Part shown: piece by piece, positions 9,604-19,470 of the stretch | How positions within the stretch are numbered: the first letter of the stretch is position 1 | How the letters are laid out: each line of letters begins with the position of its first letter | DNA from: an uncultured Bacilli bacterium | Lineage (GTDB): Bacteria; Bacillota_I; Bacilli_A; RF39; UBA660 | Direction: 5' to 3' | Length of the DNA: 64,000 nucleotides | Assembly: GCA_934096075.1 (NCBI GenBank) | Contig: CAKOLN010000003.1 | Span: forward strand, 26,184 to 90,183 | The notes under the pieces: model-generated | The model's input: only the letters and a program-made list of their open reading frames with translations | The model's database searches: none | What the model was told of the DNA's origin: nothing | Program-made: the position numbers and the translations under genes

Positions 9604-9632
9604 CAAGTATCTACTCGAACTAGATACTTTTT
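9601..9632 (+). terminator. Rho-independent terminator (copy A), identical to 12382-12415
   Basis: taacaagtatctactcgaactagatacttttt: 8-bp stem agtatcta/tagatact, 7-nt loop, T-run. Confidence 0.8.
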
Positions 9633-9687
9633 AACTTGCTTAAAAAAATATTGTATTATATAATTTAAGTAGAAAGTAGGGAATGTA

Positions 9688-12384
9688 ATGAAAAAAATTA
9701 TTTATGTTTTAATGGGATTAATTATTATAATAAGTCCTAAATTTTTACAGGCAGAAATACCAGATGACTTTAAAAATTTACCAATTTATGAAAAAAATAA
9801 TAATTACTACATAGATGTAAATGTGGTAAATCCACAATATTTTATAGATAACTATTGCGTACAAGAAAATAAACAATGGAGTGACATTGAAAACTGTAGA
9901 GATCAAAAGTACTTTTTATTAATCAATATGCTTCAATCATCTCTTAAATTAGATGAAAATTATTTTTATAATGTTAACTCAACAGCTGAAACAATAACTA
10001 TTTATAATAAAGAAACAAGTACAGAGATAACAACATATTTAAATTTTAAGGATGCTGAAATAGCTATAGTAAAATCTTTAGCAACCTATAGAATAAATAA
10101 TAAAAACTATAGAAGTTATAATGTTTTACCAGCAATAAAATATACATTGGCATACAATGAAAACAAAAATAAAATATTATATAATCGCGAACTTAATACA
10201 ATTTTGTCTAAAAATGGAATGACAATCGAAATAGATAGTAATTTAACTAATTATCCAAAACAAATTAAGTATAATATATTAAAAAATGGTGTTATTTACT
10301 TTTCAGATTATATATATAGTGATTTTTATTACACCCTTCATGTTGAACCTATAACTTATGAAGAAAGACTAGATGAATTAAGTGATGAATACATAAAAGA
10401 AACCATATCAAAATTACTAAAAAACTATTTTAAAAATAGTACTATTACGATAGGAACATTAAATAGAGACACAAAACAATTAGCAATTACAATAGATTCA
10501 ATAGATTTTAATTTCAATTTAATAGTTGATAAAAATAAAATGTATGACTTTAATGAACATAACGAAACTTATTCTGACAATAACATTTATTTAGAAGATA
10601 TAAATAACCAATTTTCAGTAGATACAGCTTTTATAACAGAAGATGTAACTAATAAAGTAAAATTAACTAATATAAATATTGAAAGTGCCTATGAATTAAA
10701 GCTAAATGAATTAGAAAGTAAAAAAACAGTTACTAATTTTGATAATAATGTTATGATATACCTTCCAACTAATAAAGAAAAACTTGTTGGAGCCGAAGTT
10801 ACAGTTAATTACTACAAAGACTACTTATCAAAAGGTGAAAAACTTAAGGGGTCAATAGTTAATTATAACAATAAGACTTATGTAAAAATAGAAACAAATA
10901 AAGTTGGTATCTATGCTATAGATAATACACCTTACTTAGGAGATTCTTTAAAAGACTTACCAATAACTATAATTGATAATGATCATTTTCTAATAACATT
11001 TGATACGGTAGATCCAAAAATAATAGTAAAAGAAAGTCATATGTTTGATTTAACACCAGAATATAAAGAAAAAATATTTAAAGAGGCATATGTTTCAATT
11101 TATGATTCAACAACAGGAAATTATAAAGAAGTTACTGATCCTGATGAGAGAAAAAAAGTAATGACAGATGAATGGTACAACAAATATATAGAACAAGAAA
11201 AGAATGGTTATGTTAATTCAATAATAGATTTATATGTCAAGAAGGTTAACCCAAAAGCAGAAATTTTATACGCTTTAGCAAGTAACACACGCAATACGGA
11301 AATTTTATATACAAAACAATATAATAAAAAAGATTTTGAATCTGCTACAAATATACTTAATAAAATAAAAGATAAATATGAAACAAAAGGTTTAAGAGCG
11401 ATAAATTCAATTAGATTATATGGCGCACAAGATGCTGTCTTTGAAAATAATGATAAAGCACTTTATATATTTGATGATTTTAAAGAATATGTAATGTCAG
11501 TACCTGAAGAATATGACTTTGTATTTAGTATCGGTGGAACTGGTGGAGGAAACGGTGGCGGAGGAAATGAAGTAACCGTTGGAATTGTAAAAGATGGAAC
11601 ACTATTAAATGTTGGACATACATCATTTTCTTATGAATATTTTCTATATGTTGATAAAAAACAACCAGGAACAACTTTAGAAAAGGGACTAGAAATTCTA
11701 AAAAAATACTTCAAAAATTTACCTTTTGAATATAAGGAAGTAGAAGGATATAAAGATGATTGCTTAATAGATTACTCAGAAGAAGAATGTGGAGAATTCA
11801 TAGAATTAACAATAGACGGAAAATTTACATTAGCACTTATCAAAGAAAAAGAAGACTACAAAATAGAAGATAATTATGTAAGAAGTAATGATGAACATGT
11901 GGCTATAGAAAGTGATTCATACGATGTAGCACCGGATACAGTTGTTAAAAGCGAAAATGTATCTGATAACAAGGAATTAAAACACTTTGGTTTAGAAAGT
12001 GCATTCGATATCAAATTAATTCAATTAATAGGTGGAATATATAAAAAGAATATAGATGGAACTGTTACAGTGTACTTACCTACTATAAGAAAAAATATAG
12101 GAGAAAAAGTAAAAATCTATTATATAAAGGACGATTATACTATAGGAGAAACTTTAATAGGAGAAGTAGTAAAATATAATAACAAATATATGATTAAATT
12201 TGAAACAAATCACTTTAGTATATATGGCATAGAAAAAATGAATTCAAAAATTAATTCAGAAGAAATAGAAAATCCACAAACTGGGGATAATATTTACAAC
12301 TCATTTATTATACTAGTAACAAGCATACTATCCATATCGCTTATAATAATAAGCCAAATTAAAAAACAAAAAAATAACTATTAA
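9688..12384 (+). CDS. Large cell-surface protein with class B sortase-type NPQTG sorting signal
   Basis: 898 aa; signal peptide; internal Gly-rich GGTGGGNGGGGNE; C-terminal NPQTGD followed by a hydrophobic TM segment and the basic tail KKQKNNY, which is a canonical cell-wall sorting signal. NPQT(G/N) is the SrtB-type motif. Confidence 0.7.
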   Translation: MKKIIYVLMGLIIIISPKFLQAEIPDDFKNLPIYEKNNNYYIDVNVVNPQYFIDNYCVQENKQWSDIENCRDQKYFLLINMLQSSLKLDENYFYNVNSTAETITIYNKETSTEITTYLNFKDAEIAIVKSLATYRINNKNYRSYNVLPAIKYTLAYNENKNKILYNRELNTILSKNGMTIEIDSNLTNYPKQIKYNILKNGVIYFSDYIYSDFYYTLHVEPITYEERLDELSDEYIKETISKLLKNYFKNSTITIGTLNRDTKQLAITIDSIDFNFNLIVDKNKMYDFNEHNETYSDNNIYLEDINNQFSVDTAFITEDVTNKVKLTNINIESAYELKLNELESKKTVTNFDNNVMIYLPTNKEKLVGAEVTVNYYKDYLSKGEKLKGSIVNYNNKTYVKIETNKVGIYAIDNTPYLGDSLKDLPITIIDNDHFLITFDTVDPKIIVKESHMFDLTPEYKEKIFKEAYVSIYDSTTGNYKEVTDPDERKKVMTDEWYNKYIEQEKNGYVNSIIDLYVKKVNPKAEILYALASNTRNTEILYTKQYNKKDFESATNILNKIKDKYETKGLRAINSIRLYGAQDAVFENNDKALYIFDDFKEYVMSVPEEYDFVFSIGGTGGGNGGGGNEVTVGIVKDGTLLNVGHTSFSYEYFLYVDKKQPGTTLEKGLEILKKYFKNLPFEYKEVEGYKDDCLIDYSEEECGEFIELTIDGKFTLALIKEKEDYKIEDNYVRSNDEHVAIESDSYDVAPDTVVKSENVSDNKELKHFGLESAFDIKLIQLIGGIYKKNIDGTVTVYLPTIRKNIGEKVKIYYIKDDYTIGETLIGEVVKYNNKYMIKFETNHFSIYGIEKMNSKINSEEIENPQTGDNIYNSFIILVTSILSISLIIISQIKKQKNNY

Positions 12385-12415
12385 CAAAGTATCTACTCGA
12401 ACTAGATACTTTTTT
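12382..12415 (+). terminator. Rho-independent terminator (copy B), duplicate of 9601-9632 including the preceding TAACAA
   Basis: ttaacaaagtatctactcgaactagatactttttt. Confidence 0.8.
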
Positions 12416-12486
12416 CCTTCTTAATATAGAAATAAACTACATTATTTGATATAATGTATCTGTATAAGAATAAAAAGGAATAAAAT

Positions 12487-13353
12487 ATGAATAAGAATAA
12501 AAAGAATATAATAAATTTATTTATGTTTATAATAGGTATAACAATAGTATCAATAACATTTAATACTTTGTGTGTTCCAAAAAACATAGTAATTGGAGGA
12601 GTTAGTGGAATAGCAGTAATATTTAATTACTTATTCAAAATAGATGTTACGACTACATTACTTATTGGAAACATATTATTAATAGTAATGGGAGTATTAG
12701 TACTAGGATTTAAAGATACAATACCAAGTATCATTGGCTCATTCATATATACATTAGGAGTATATCTAACTGAAAATCTAATAACAGTACAAATTGATTC
12801 AATCTTTCTTAACATAGTAGCTGTAGGAGTATTATATGGAATAGGATGTACCTTAATATATCTAGCAGGTTATTCAACAGGTGGAACTGACATACTTGGA
12901 ATAATATTTCAAAAAAAATTAGGGTATCCATTAGGAAGAGCATTACTAATAATAAACATACTAATCTTAATATTTGGTACAGTAGTATTTGGACCTGAAA
13001 TGCTAATAATAGGACTTGTTATAAGATACTTAGAAAGCAGAATAATAGATAACTTCCTAATTGGAATAAGTGACTCTAAAGTATTATTCATAAATACTGA
13101 AAAAGAAGAAGAAATAAATAATTATATAATACATGAAATAAAAAGCGGAACAAGTGAAATAAAAATAAAAAGTGGTTATAAAGGAATACATAAAAATTTA
13201 TTAATGTGTGTAGTACCTACAGAAAAGTATATGCTATTAAAAGAAGAAATAAAGAAAATAGACAAAGATGCTTTTATAACTGTACTAGATGCATATGAAG
13301 TATATGGTGGTACAAATAGGTATAAACTACCATTACATGACCTAAGAATATAA
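12487..13353 (+). CDS. YitT-family membrane protein (DUF161 plus DUF2179)
   Basis: 288 aa; multiple TMs and a C-terminal soluble domain, as in B. subtilis YitT/YpjC family proteins. Confidence 0.6.
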   Translation: MNKNKKNIINLFMFIIGITIVSITFNTLCVPKNIVIGGVSGIAVIFNYLFKIDVTTTLLIGNILLIVMGVLVLGFKDTIPSIIGSFIYTLGVYLTENLITVQIDSIFLNIVAVGVLYGIGCTLIYLAGYSTGGTDILGIIFQKKLGYPLGRALLIINILILIFGTVVFGPEMLIIGLVIRYLESRIIDNFLIGISDSKVLFINTEKEEEINNYIIHEIKSGTSEIKIKSGYKGIHKNLLMCVVPTEKYMLLKEEIKKIDKDAFITVLDAYEVYGGTNRYKLPLHDLRI

Positions 13354-13377
13354 TGTATAATTGAAGTGGAGGTAAAA

Positions 13378-14064
13378 ATGAACTTAATTGAAGTGAGAAA
13401 TGTATATAAACAATATAGAAATGGTGTAACAGCCTTATGTGATATAAATCTTTCAATACCTAAAGGAGACTTTGTTTTTGTCATCGGATCAACAGCATCA
13501 GGTAAAAGTACACTAATAAAATTACTATATAGACAAGAAAAGCCAACTAAAGGAGAAGTATATGTAGGTGGAATAAATGTAGCAAAACTAAGAAACAGAA
13601 AAGTTTACATACTTAGAAGAAAAATAGGTATAGTATTCCAAGACTATAAACTATTACCACAAATGACTGTATTTGAAAATGTTGCATTTGCATTAGAAAT
13701 ATATGGATTACCAGAAAAAGAAATAAGAAAAAAAGTAATGACAGCCATAGAAAAAGTAGGACTAAAAGAAAAATTTAGAAGTTATCCAGATGAATTATCA
13801 GGTGGAGAACAACAAAGAGTATCAATCGCAAGAGCAATAGTAAATAACCCTAAAATACTAATATGCGATGAACCTACAGGTAATCTAGATCCAGACACAT
13901 CAATGGGAATAATGGAAATAATAAATAAAATAAATGAAGAAGGAACAACAATAATAATGGCAACACATGATAAAGACATAGTTAACAAATACAAAAAAAG
14001 AGTAATAACTTTAGAAAAAGGTATCCTTATTGGAGATAAAGAAAAAGGAGGATACAGTAAATAA
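13378..14064 (+). CDS. ftsE: Cell-division ABC transporter ATP-binding protein FtsE
   Basis: P-loop GSTASGKST, ABC signature LSGGEQQRVSIARA, Walker B ILICDEPT. GGAGG RBS ahead of the ATG at 13378; the ORF-track start at 13366 is an upstream in-frame GTG. Confidence 0.9.
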   Translation: MNLIEVRNVYKQYRNGVTALCDINLSIPKGDFVFVIGSTASGKSTLIKLLYRQEKPTKGEVYVGGINVAKLRNRKVYILRRKIGIVFQDYKLLPQMTVFENVAFALEIYGLPEKEIRKKVMTAIEKVGLKEKFRSYPDELSGGEQQRVSIARAIVNNPKILICDEPTGNLDPDTSMGIMEIINKINEEGTTIIMATHDKDIVNKYKKRVITLEKGILIGDKEKGGYSK

Positions 14065-14963
14065 TGAAAGCATTTAGAATATTAAGAAATAATTTAAAAG
14101 ATGGATTTAAAAGTGTATTTAGAAACTTTTCTCTAAGCCTAGCAAGTATAAGTTGTATAACAATAACTTTAATCTTAGTAGCCGTTTCAATAATACTATC
14201 AGAAAACATAAAAAACTTTACTGATGACATAGAAAAAGATGTAACAATAGTAGTATATGTTGATAAAGATGCTACTGAAGATGACAGAAAAGCAATTGAA
14301 CTTAAAATAGACTTCTTAGACAACATAGAAAGTGTAACATTCATGTCAAAAGAAGACATTAGAAAAGACATGGCAAGTGATTCTGATGGTTTAGGTACAA
14401 TATTAAATGAATATGATGAGACAAATAATCCATTATTGGATGAATATCTAGTAAAAGTAAAAGATACTGAAAAAATAGGTGTAACAGCCAAAAAAATTGA
14501 AGGAATAGACAAAGTAAACACAGTTAAATATGGAGAAGGAATGGTAGAAGAATTAGTAAAAATCTTCGACATAGTCAAGAAAATAACACTAGGTATAGTT
14601 GCCGGACTTATAATAGTAACTGCATTCTTAATAAGTAACACAATAAAAATAACTATATCTAATAGAAAAAGACAAATAGAAATAATGAGATTAGTTGGAG
14701 CATCAAACTCCTACATAAAATTACCTTTCTTCTTTGAAGGTATAATACTTGGATTCTTAGGAAGTATACTACCTATACTAATAAGTTGTTATGGTTACAT
14801 AATTCTTTATGATAAACTAGGTGGAATTCTATTTACAGAAGTAATAAGTTTAGTAAGCCCAGAAAAAATATTATTAAACTTATCAATAATATTAGTATCT
14901 ATTGGTGTATTAGTAGGTGCCTTTGGTTCATATAAAGCTGTAAGGAGGTACTTAAAAATATAA
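14064..14963 (+). CDS. ftsX: Cell-division permease FtsX
   Basis: 299 aa; TM1, large extracellular loop, three C-terminal TMs; overlaps the ftsE stop. Confidence 0.88.
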   Translation: MKAFRILRNNLKDGFKSVFRNFSLSLASISCITITLILVAVSIILSENIKNFTDDIEKDVTIVVYVDKDATEDDRKAIELKIDFLDNIESVTFMSKEDIRKDMASDSDGLGTILNEYDETNNPLLDEYLVKVKDTEKIGVTAKKIEGIDKVNTVKYGEGMVEELVKIFDIVKKITLGIVAGLIIVTAFLISNTIKITISNRKRQIEIMRLVGASNSYIKLPFFFEGIILGFLGSILPILISCYGYIILYDKLGGILFTEVISLVSPEKILLNLSIILVSIGVLVGAFGSYKAVRRYLKI

Positions 14964-16153
14964 TGAAGAAAAAAGTAGTATTAATTATATTATTACTAGG
15001 AATATTCTTCTCATTGCCAACTAAAAGTAATGCTACAACATTAGGAGACTTATATGATGAATTGTATGAACTAAGACAAGAAAAAGAAGAACAAGATAAT
15101 CAAAAACAAATGTCAGAAGAAGAATACAGAAAAACTAGTAATGAAATAATGACAACTGAACAAAACATAGAAAACTTGAATAAAAGAATACAAGAAGCAA
15201 CGGAAAAAATCGCGGAATTAGAAACTGAAATAAAAAAGAAAGAAGAAGAAACTAAAAAAATACTTGTATTTTTACAAGTAACAAGTGGTGAAAAATCATA
15301 CTTAGAGTACATCTTTAAAGCAAAAACATTTACTGATTTTATTCACAGAGTTTCAGTAGTAGAACAATTAAGTAAATATAATTCTAACTTAATAAAAGAA
15401 ATGAATGATTTAATAAAACAAAATAATGAATTAAAAGAACAACTTAAGAATGATATTAAAACTCAAGAATCTGAAAGAGAAAAATTAAAAGTTAAACTAT
15501 CTGAAATAGGAAGTAGAATAGATGAATTAGATGATGAAGCAATATCAATAGATGCTAAAATTAGTACTCAAGAAAGTCTAATAGCGTTCTACGAAGATAT
15601 GGGGTGTACTGACAAAAGTGATAACCTAGCAACTTGTGGAGACACTGTACCTACTGCAACAGGTTTCTTAAGACCAGTTAACAAAGGAATAATAATGAGT
15701 TGGTTTGGTTATAGATCAGATCCGTTTAGTGGAAGTTTATCATACCATAGTGGTCTAGATATATCAGACTCTTCTCCTGCAGAAGGAAAAGATGTTTACC
15801 CAGTCGCACCAGGAATAGTTAGTACTATTCAAAGATGGAGTTGTGGAGGAAATGTTATATTTATATATCACAACATAAATGGTAAAAACTATACATCAGT
15901 TTATATGCATTTATTAGATACTGCAGACACACAAGTCGGCGATGTAGTAACAACAAATCAAGTAATTGCACATATGGGTGGATACTCGACAAGTACTTCT
16001 CATGGTGGTTATGACTATTGTACAACAGGCGCACACCTTCACTTATCTATATGTGATGGCCATGTAACTGCTGGAGCATATCGTTCATCATTAATTGATC
16101 CAACATCAGTAATATACTTCCCAGATGGTTGGTTCTATGGAAGAGATTGGTAA
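14963..16153 (+). CDS. Coiled-coil M23 peptidase (EnvC/PcsB-like FtsEX-associated murein hydrolase)
   Basis: 396 aa; signal peptide, long coiled-coil region (EEL/K-rich), C-terminal M23 domain (HSGLDISD, HLHLSI); immediately follows ftsX. Confidence 0.8.
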   Translation: MKKKVVLIILLLGIFFSLPTKSNATTLGDLYDELYELRQEKEEQDNQKQMSEEEYRKTSNEIMTTEQNIENLNKRIQEATEKIAELETEIKKKEEETKKILVFLQVTSGEKSYLEYIFKAKTFTDFIHRVSVVEQLSKYNSNLIKEMNDLIKQNNELKEQLKNDIKTQESEREKLKVKLSEIGSRIDELDDEAISIDAKISTQESLIAFYEDMGCTDKSDNLATCGDTVPTATGFLRPVNKGIIMSWFGYRSDPFSGSLSYHSGLDISDSSPAEGKDVYPVAPGIVSTIQRWSCGGNVIFIYHNINGKNYTSVYMHLLDTADTQVGDVVTTNQVIAHMGGYSTSTSHGGYDYCTTGAHLHLSICDGHVTAGAYRSSLIDPTSVIYFPDGWFYGRDW

Positions 16154-16227
16154 GAGTCTTACAAAAGTAAGATTCTTTTCTTAAATAATCAAATGTGATA
16201 TAATTTACTCAAGAAAAGAGGTGTACT

Positions 16228-17151
16228 ATGTCTTTTACAACAAATATAAAAAATGAAATGTTAAATCTTGAATATCCAGAAACAGAAATAATCGCAGAAC
16301 TGTCAGCAATTATTAACATTTCCGCTGAAATAAAAAAAGATTCCTTCGAAATATATACAGAAAACATAGGAGTATCAAGAAGAATATATACACTCATAAA
16401 AAACTTATTCAATCAAAAAATTGAAATAACAACACAAGAAATTAACAGACTAAACAAAAACTACATAGTAAATATATCAGTAGAAGACAAAGATAAAAAA
16501 ATATTAAAAACACTTAATATAATAGATGAAAATAACAAAAGAAGATACATACCAGAAGATTACATAACTGATAACTTAGAAGAAAAAAAAGCTTATCTAA
16601 GAGGTGCATTTTTAATATGTGGTAGTGTTAATGATCCAAAAACAAGTAGATATCATTTAGAATTTATAATAGATAACAAAAAAGTTGCAAATTTTATAAA
16701 TAAATTATTAAATGACTTAAATTTTTCAAGCAAAGTATTAAAAAGAGAAAGACATTACATGGTATACATAAAAGAATCAGAAAAAATAAGTGACTTTATA
16801 AAACTATTAAATGCATATAACAGTTTATTCTATTATGAAGACATAAGAATATATAGAGATCACAAAAATATGACCAATAGACTAAATAACTGTGAACAAG
16901 CAAATATAGACAAAATTGTATTTTCTTCAAATGAACAATTAGAAAACATAAAAAAACTAAAAGAAATATATGACTTTGATCTGCTTGATGATAAAATAAA
17001 AGAAGTATGCATTTATAAAGAAAAATACCCAGAAAGTTCTATGGGCGAACTAGCTGAAATTATAAGTATGGAAACAGGCTCTAATATAACAAAAAGTGGT
17101 ATAAATCATAGATTTAGAAAAATAAAAGAAATGGTAAATAAGAAATCTTAA
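16228..17151 (+). CDS. whiA: Sporulation/cell-division regulator WhiA
   Basis: 307 aa; LAGLIDADG-like core (LRGAFLICGSVNDP, YHLEF) and C-terminal HTH (GELAEIISMETGSNITKSGINHRFRKI). Confidence 0.8.
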   Translation: MSFTTNIKNEMLNLEYPETEIIAELSAIINISAEIKKDSFEIYTENIGVSRRIYTLIKNLFNQKIEITTQEINRLNKNYIVNISVEDKDKKILKTLNIIDENNKRRYIPEDYITDNLEEKKAYLRGAFLICGSVNDPKTSRYHLEFIIDNKKVANFINKLLNDLNFSSKVLKRERHYMVYIKESEKISDFIKLLNAYNSLFYYEDIRIYRDHKNMTNRLNNCEQANIDKIVFSSNEQLENIKKLKEIYDFDLLDDKIKEVCIYKEKYPESSMGELAEIISMETGSNITKSGINHRFRKIKEMVNKKS

Positions 17152-17167
17152 AAATTTAGGAGTAGTT

Positions 17168-17761
17168 ATGAAAAAATTAAATAAAATAATATTAATCTTA
17201 TTTTTAGTGTGTATAACTGTTGGTTTATCAACAAATTTTTATATTATATATAACACTAAAGACAAAATTGTTAACAATTATAATGAACTAAAAGACATCT
17301 CAGCAATAGTAGTATTGGGTGCCGGAGTAAAAAATAATGAACCAAGCCCTATACTAAAAGACAGGCTAGATGAAGGAATAAAACTTTATAATGAAGGAAT
17401 TTCATCAAAAATAATAATGAGTGGAGATGGAACACATCAAGAAAGAAATGAAGTCGCAGTAATGAAAAATTATGCAATTAAACAAGGTATACCAGAAGAA
17501 AATATAATAACTGACCAATATGGCCTATCAACATATGATACTATTAAAAACATGAAAGAAACTTATAAACTAAATAAAATAATATTAGTAACACAAAAAT
17601 ATCACTTATACCGAGCACTATACATTTCTGATAAATACAAATTAGATTCATATGGTTCACCATCAGACTTAAGAAAACATAGTGGTGTTTTATATAGAGA
17701 ATCAAGAGAATTACTTGCCAGAACTAAAGACTTCTTTAAATGTTTAGCTACATTAAACTAA
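17168..17761 (+). CDS. DUF218 (SanA/YdcF/ElyC-family) membrane-anchored protein
   Basis: 197 aa; N-terminal TM; AIVVLGAGV...SPILKDRLDEGIKLY...IIMSGDG is typical of DUF218. Confidence 0.65.
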   Translation: MKKLNKIILILFLVCITVGLSTNFYIIYNTKDKIVNNYNELKDISAIVVLGAGVKNNEPSPILKDRLDEGIKLYNEGISSKIIMSGDGTHQERNEVAVMKNYAIKQGIPEENIITDQYGLSTYDTIKNMKETYKLNKIILVTQKYHLYRALYISDKYKLDSYGSPSDLRKHSGVLYRESRELLARTKDFFKCLATLN

Positions 17762-17817
17762 AGATTTACATAAAAATCAAATAGTGTTATAATACATCTC
17801 ATCAGAAGGGGGATACT

Positions 17818-18789
17818 ATGTTAACAAATACAGAACTAGAAGATATAAAAATGTTAATAAACATAGAAAATAACATATATAAAGCATATCTTGAATTAAG
17901 TACCACATTAAAAAGAAATAATGATACTAAAAAGAAAGAACTGATTAGTGAACTAAAAACACTTACAAACATAGAAGAAAATATCTTAAATAGACTTATT
18001 AATTCAGAAAGAAAGTTAAAAGAAATAGAGAAATATCTTAAAGATAATAATTATATAGATGAATTTGTTTGTACAGAAACGGAAATAATAGATAAAAAAA
18101 TAAATCAAATTGGTTTTAGTAAACTAAGACTAGCCAGTAGAATTCAAAATTTTAAATCTAAAATATGTATGCCTGAATTAGACGGAAAAATTATATCAGT
18201 AAAACCACCAAAAAGTGTATTGTTAAAATCATATATATCTAATTACTTATATGATAAAGATTTTTTCAATTTGATTACTTATTATTTATATCGAGAATTA
18301 GAAAATACAAATAACAAAAACAGGAAAGATATGTTAATAGATAAAATTATTTCACTAATATATCTAGACAAAGAACAAGAAAAAAATGCATTATCTAATG
18401 GTTTTAATTCTGATGAAAAAATAATATTAATGTATGATTGTATTACAACTAACCTAGGTATAGATAAAAATTTAGTGAGTGAATATAAAAAAATAAAAAT
18501 AAGTGCTATGACATCAATGACATTAAAAGCTTTAGTGATACCGGATGTATTTTATAATGATGAATCTTCGTATGATACAATAGAATATATTAAAGCGTCA
18601 TTTAAATCATGTTGTTATCTAGCTGATTCAAAGACAAAAGAAAATTTAATAAAACAAATAGAAATTTTAAAAAATACTCCACAAGGACAAATGTGTAAAA
18701 AATCATTTGATGTCTTAAATGATTGTATGAATGAAGTGGAAACATCTACAAATCAAATATACACAATAAAATCTTTAGTCAAAAACTAA
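17818..18789 (+). CDS. Hypothetical protein
   Basis: 323-aa ORF with start context GGGGGATACTATG; no recognisable motifs. Confidence 0.45.
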   Translation: MLTNTELEDIKMLINIENNIYKAYLELSTTLKRNNDTKKKELISELKTLTNIEENILNRLINSERKLKEIEKYLKDNNYIDEFVCTETEIIDKKINQIGFSKLRLASRIQNFKSKICMPELDGKIISVKPPKSVLLKSYISNYLYDKDFFNLITYYLYRELENTNNKNRKDMLIDKIISLIYLDKEQEKNALSNGFNSDEKIILMYDCITTNLGIDKNLVSEYKKIKISAMTSMTLKALVIPDVFYNDESSYDTIEYIKASFKSCCYLADSKTKENLIKQIEILKNTPQGQMCKKSFDVLNDCMNEVETSTNQIYTIKSLVKN

Positions 18790-18798
18790 AGATTCTTT

Positions 18799-19365
18799 TT
18801 ATATAACTTTATCAATAATTCCATACTCTAAAGCTTCGTTACTATCCATAAAATAATCTCTTTCAGTATCATTTTCTATCTTTTTAAGGCTTTTCCCAGT
18901 ATTATCACTTAATATTTTATTAATTTTCTTTTTCAACCTAATAATTCTCTCAGCTGCAATTTTAATCTCAGTTGCTTGCCCTTGACAGCCACCTAAAGGT
19001 TGATGTATCATCACTTCAGAATTTTTAAGTGCCAACCTTTTTCCTTTTTTACCACTAGACAGCAAAAAAGCTGCCATACTAGCACACATTCCAACACATA
19101 TAGTAGAAACATCACTCTTAATAAAATTCATAGTATCATAAATAGCCATCCCGGAAGTTATACTCCCACCAGGACTATTTATATACAAATAAATATCATC
19201 ATTACTAACTCCATCTAAATAAAGTAACTCACTCACCACTACATTACTTACTTCATCATTAATTTCTCCACTCAAAAAAATAATTCTATCTTTAAGTAGT
19301 CTACTATACAAGTCATAATATTTCTCTCTTCCATTTTCTTCTATAGTTATAGTTGGTATAATCAT
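18799..19365 (-). CDS. clpP: ATP-dependent Clp protease proteolytic subunit ClpP
   Basis: 188 aa; catalytic Ser in GMAASMAAF, His in MIHQPLGG; classic ClpP N-terminus. The only minus-strand gene in the window. Confidence 0.92.
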   Translation of the reverse strand: MIIPTITIEENGREKYYDLYSRLLKDRIIFLSGEINDEVSNVVVSELLYLDGVSNDDIYLYINSPGGSITSGMAIYDTMNFIKSDVSTICVGMCASMAAFLLSSGKKGKRLALKNSEVMIHQPLGGCQGQATEIKIAAERIIRLKKKINKILSDNTGKSLKKIENDTERDYFMDSNEALEYGIIDKVI

Positions 19366-19470
19366 AAAATCCTCCTATAATATATTAGTGTTAAAAAACA
19401 AATTTTATACACTTAAATTGTATAAATAAAAATTCTATGATAAAATATACTTAGAATAAAGAGGTGTTAT

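Noticed and set aside
14027-14641. Minus-strand 204-aa ORF
   Set aside because: Fully antisense to ftsX. Low-complexity S/I/F-rich translation typical of AT-rich antisense frames.
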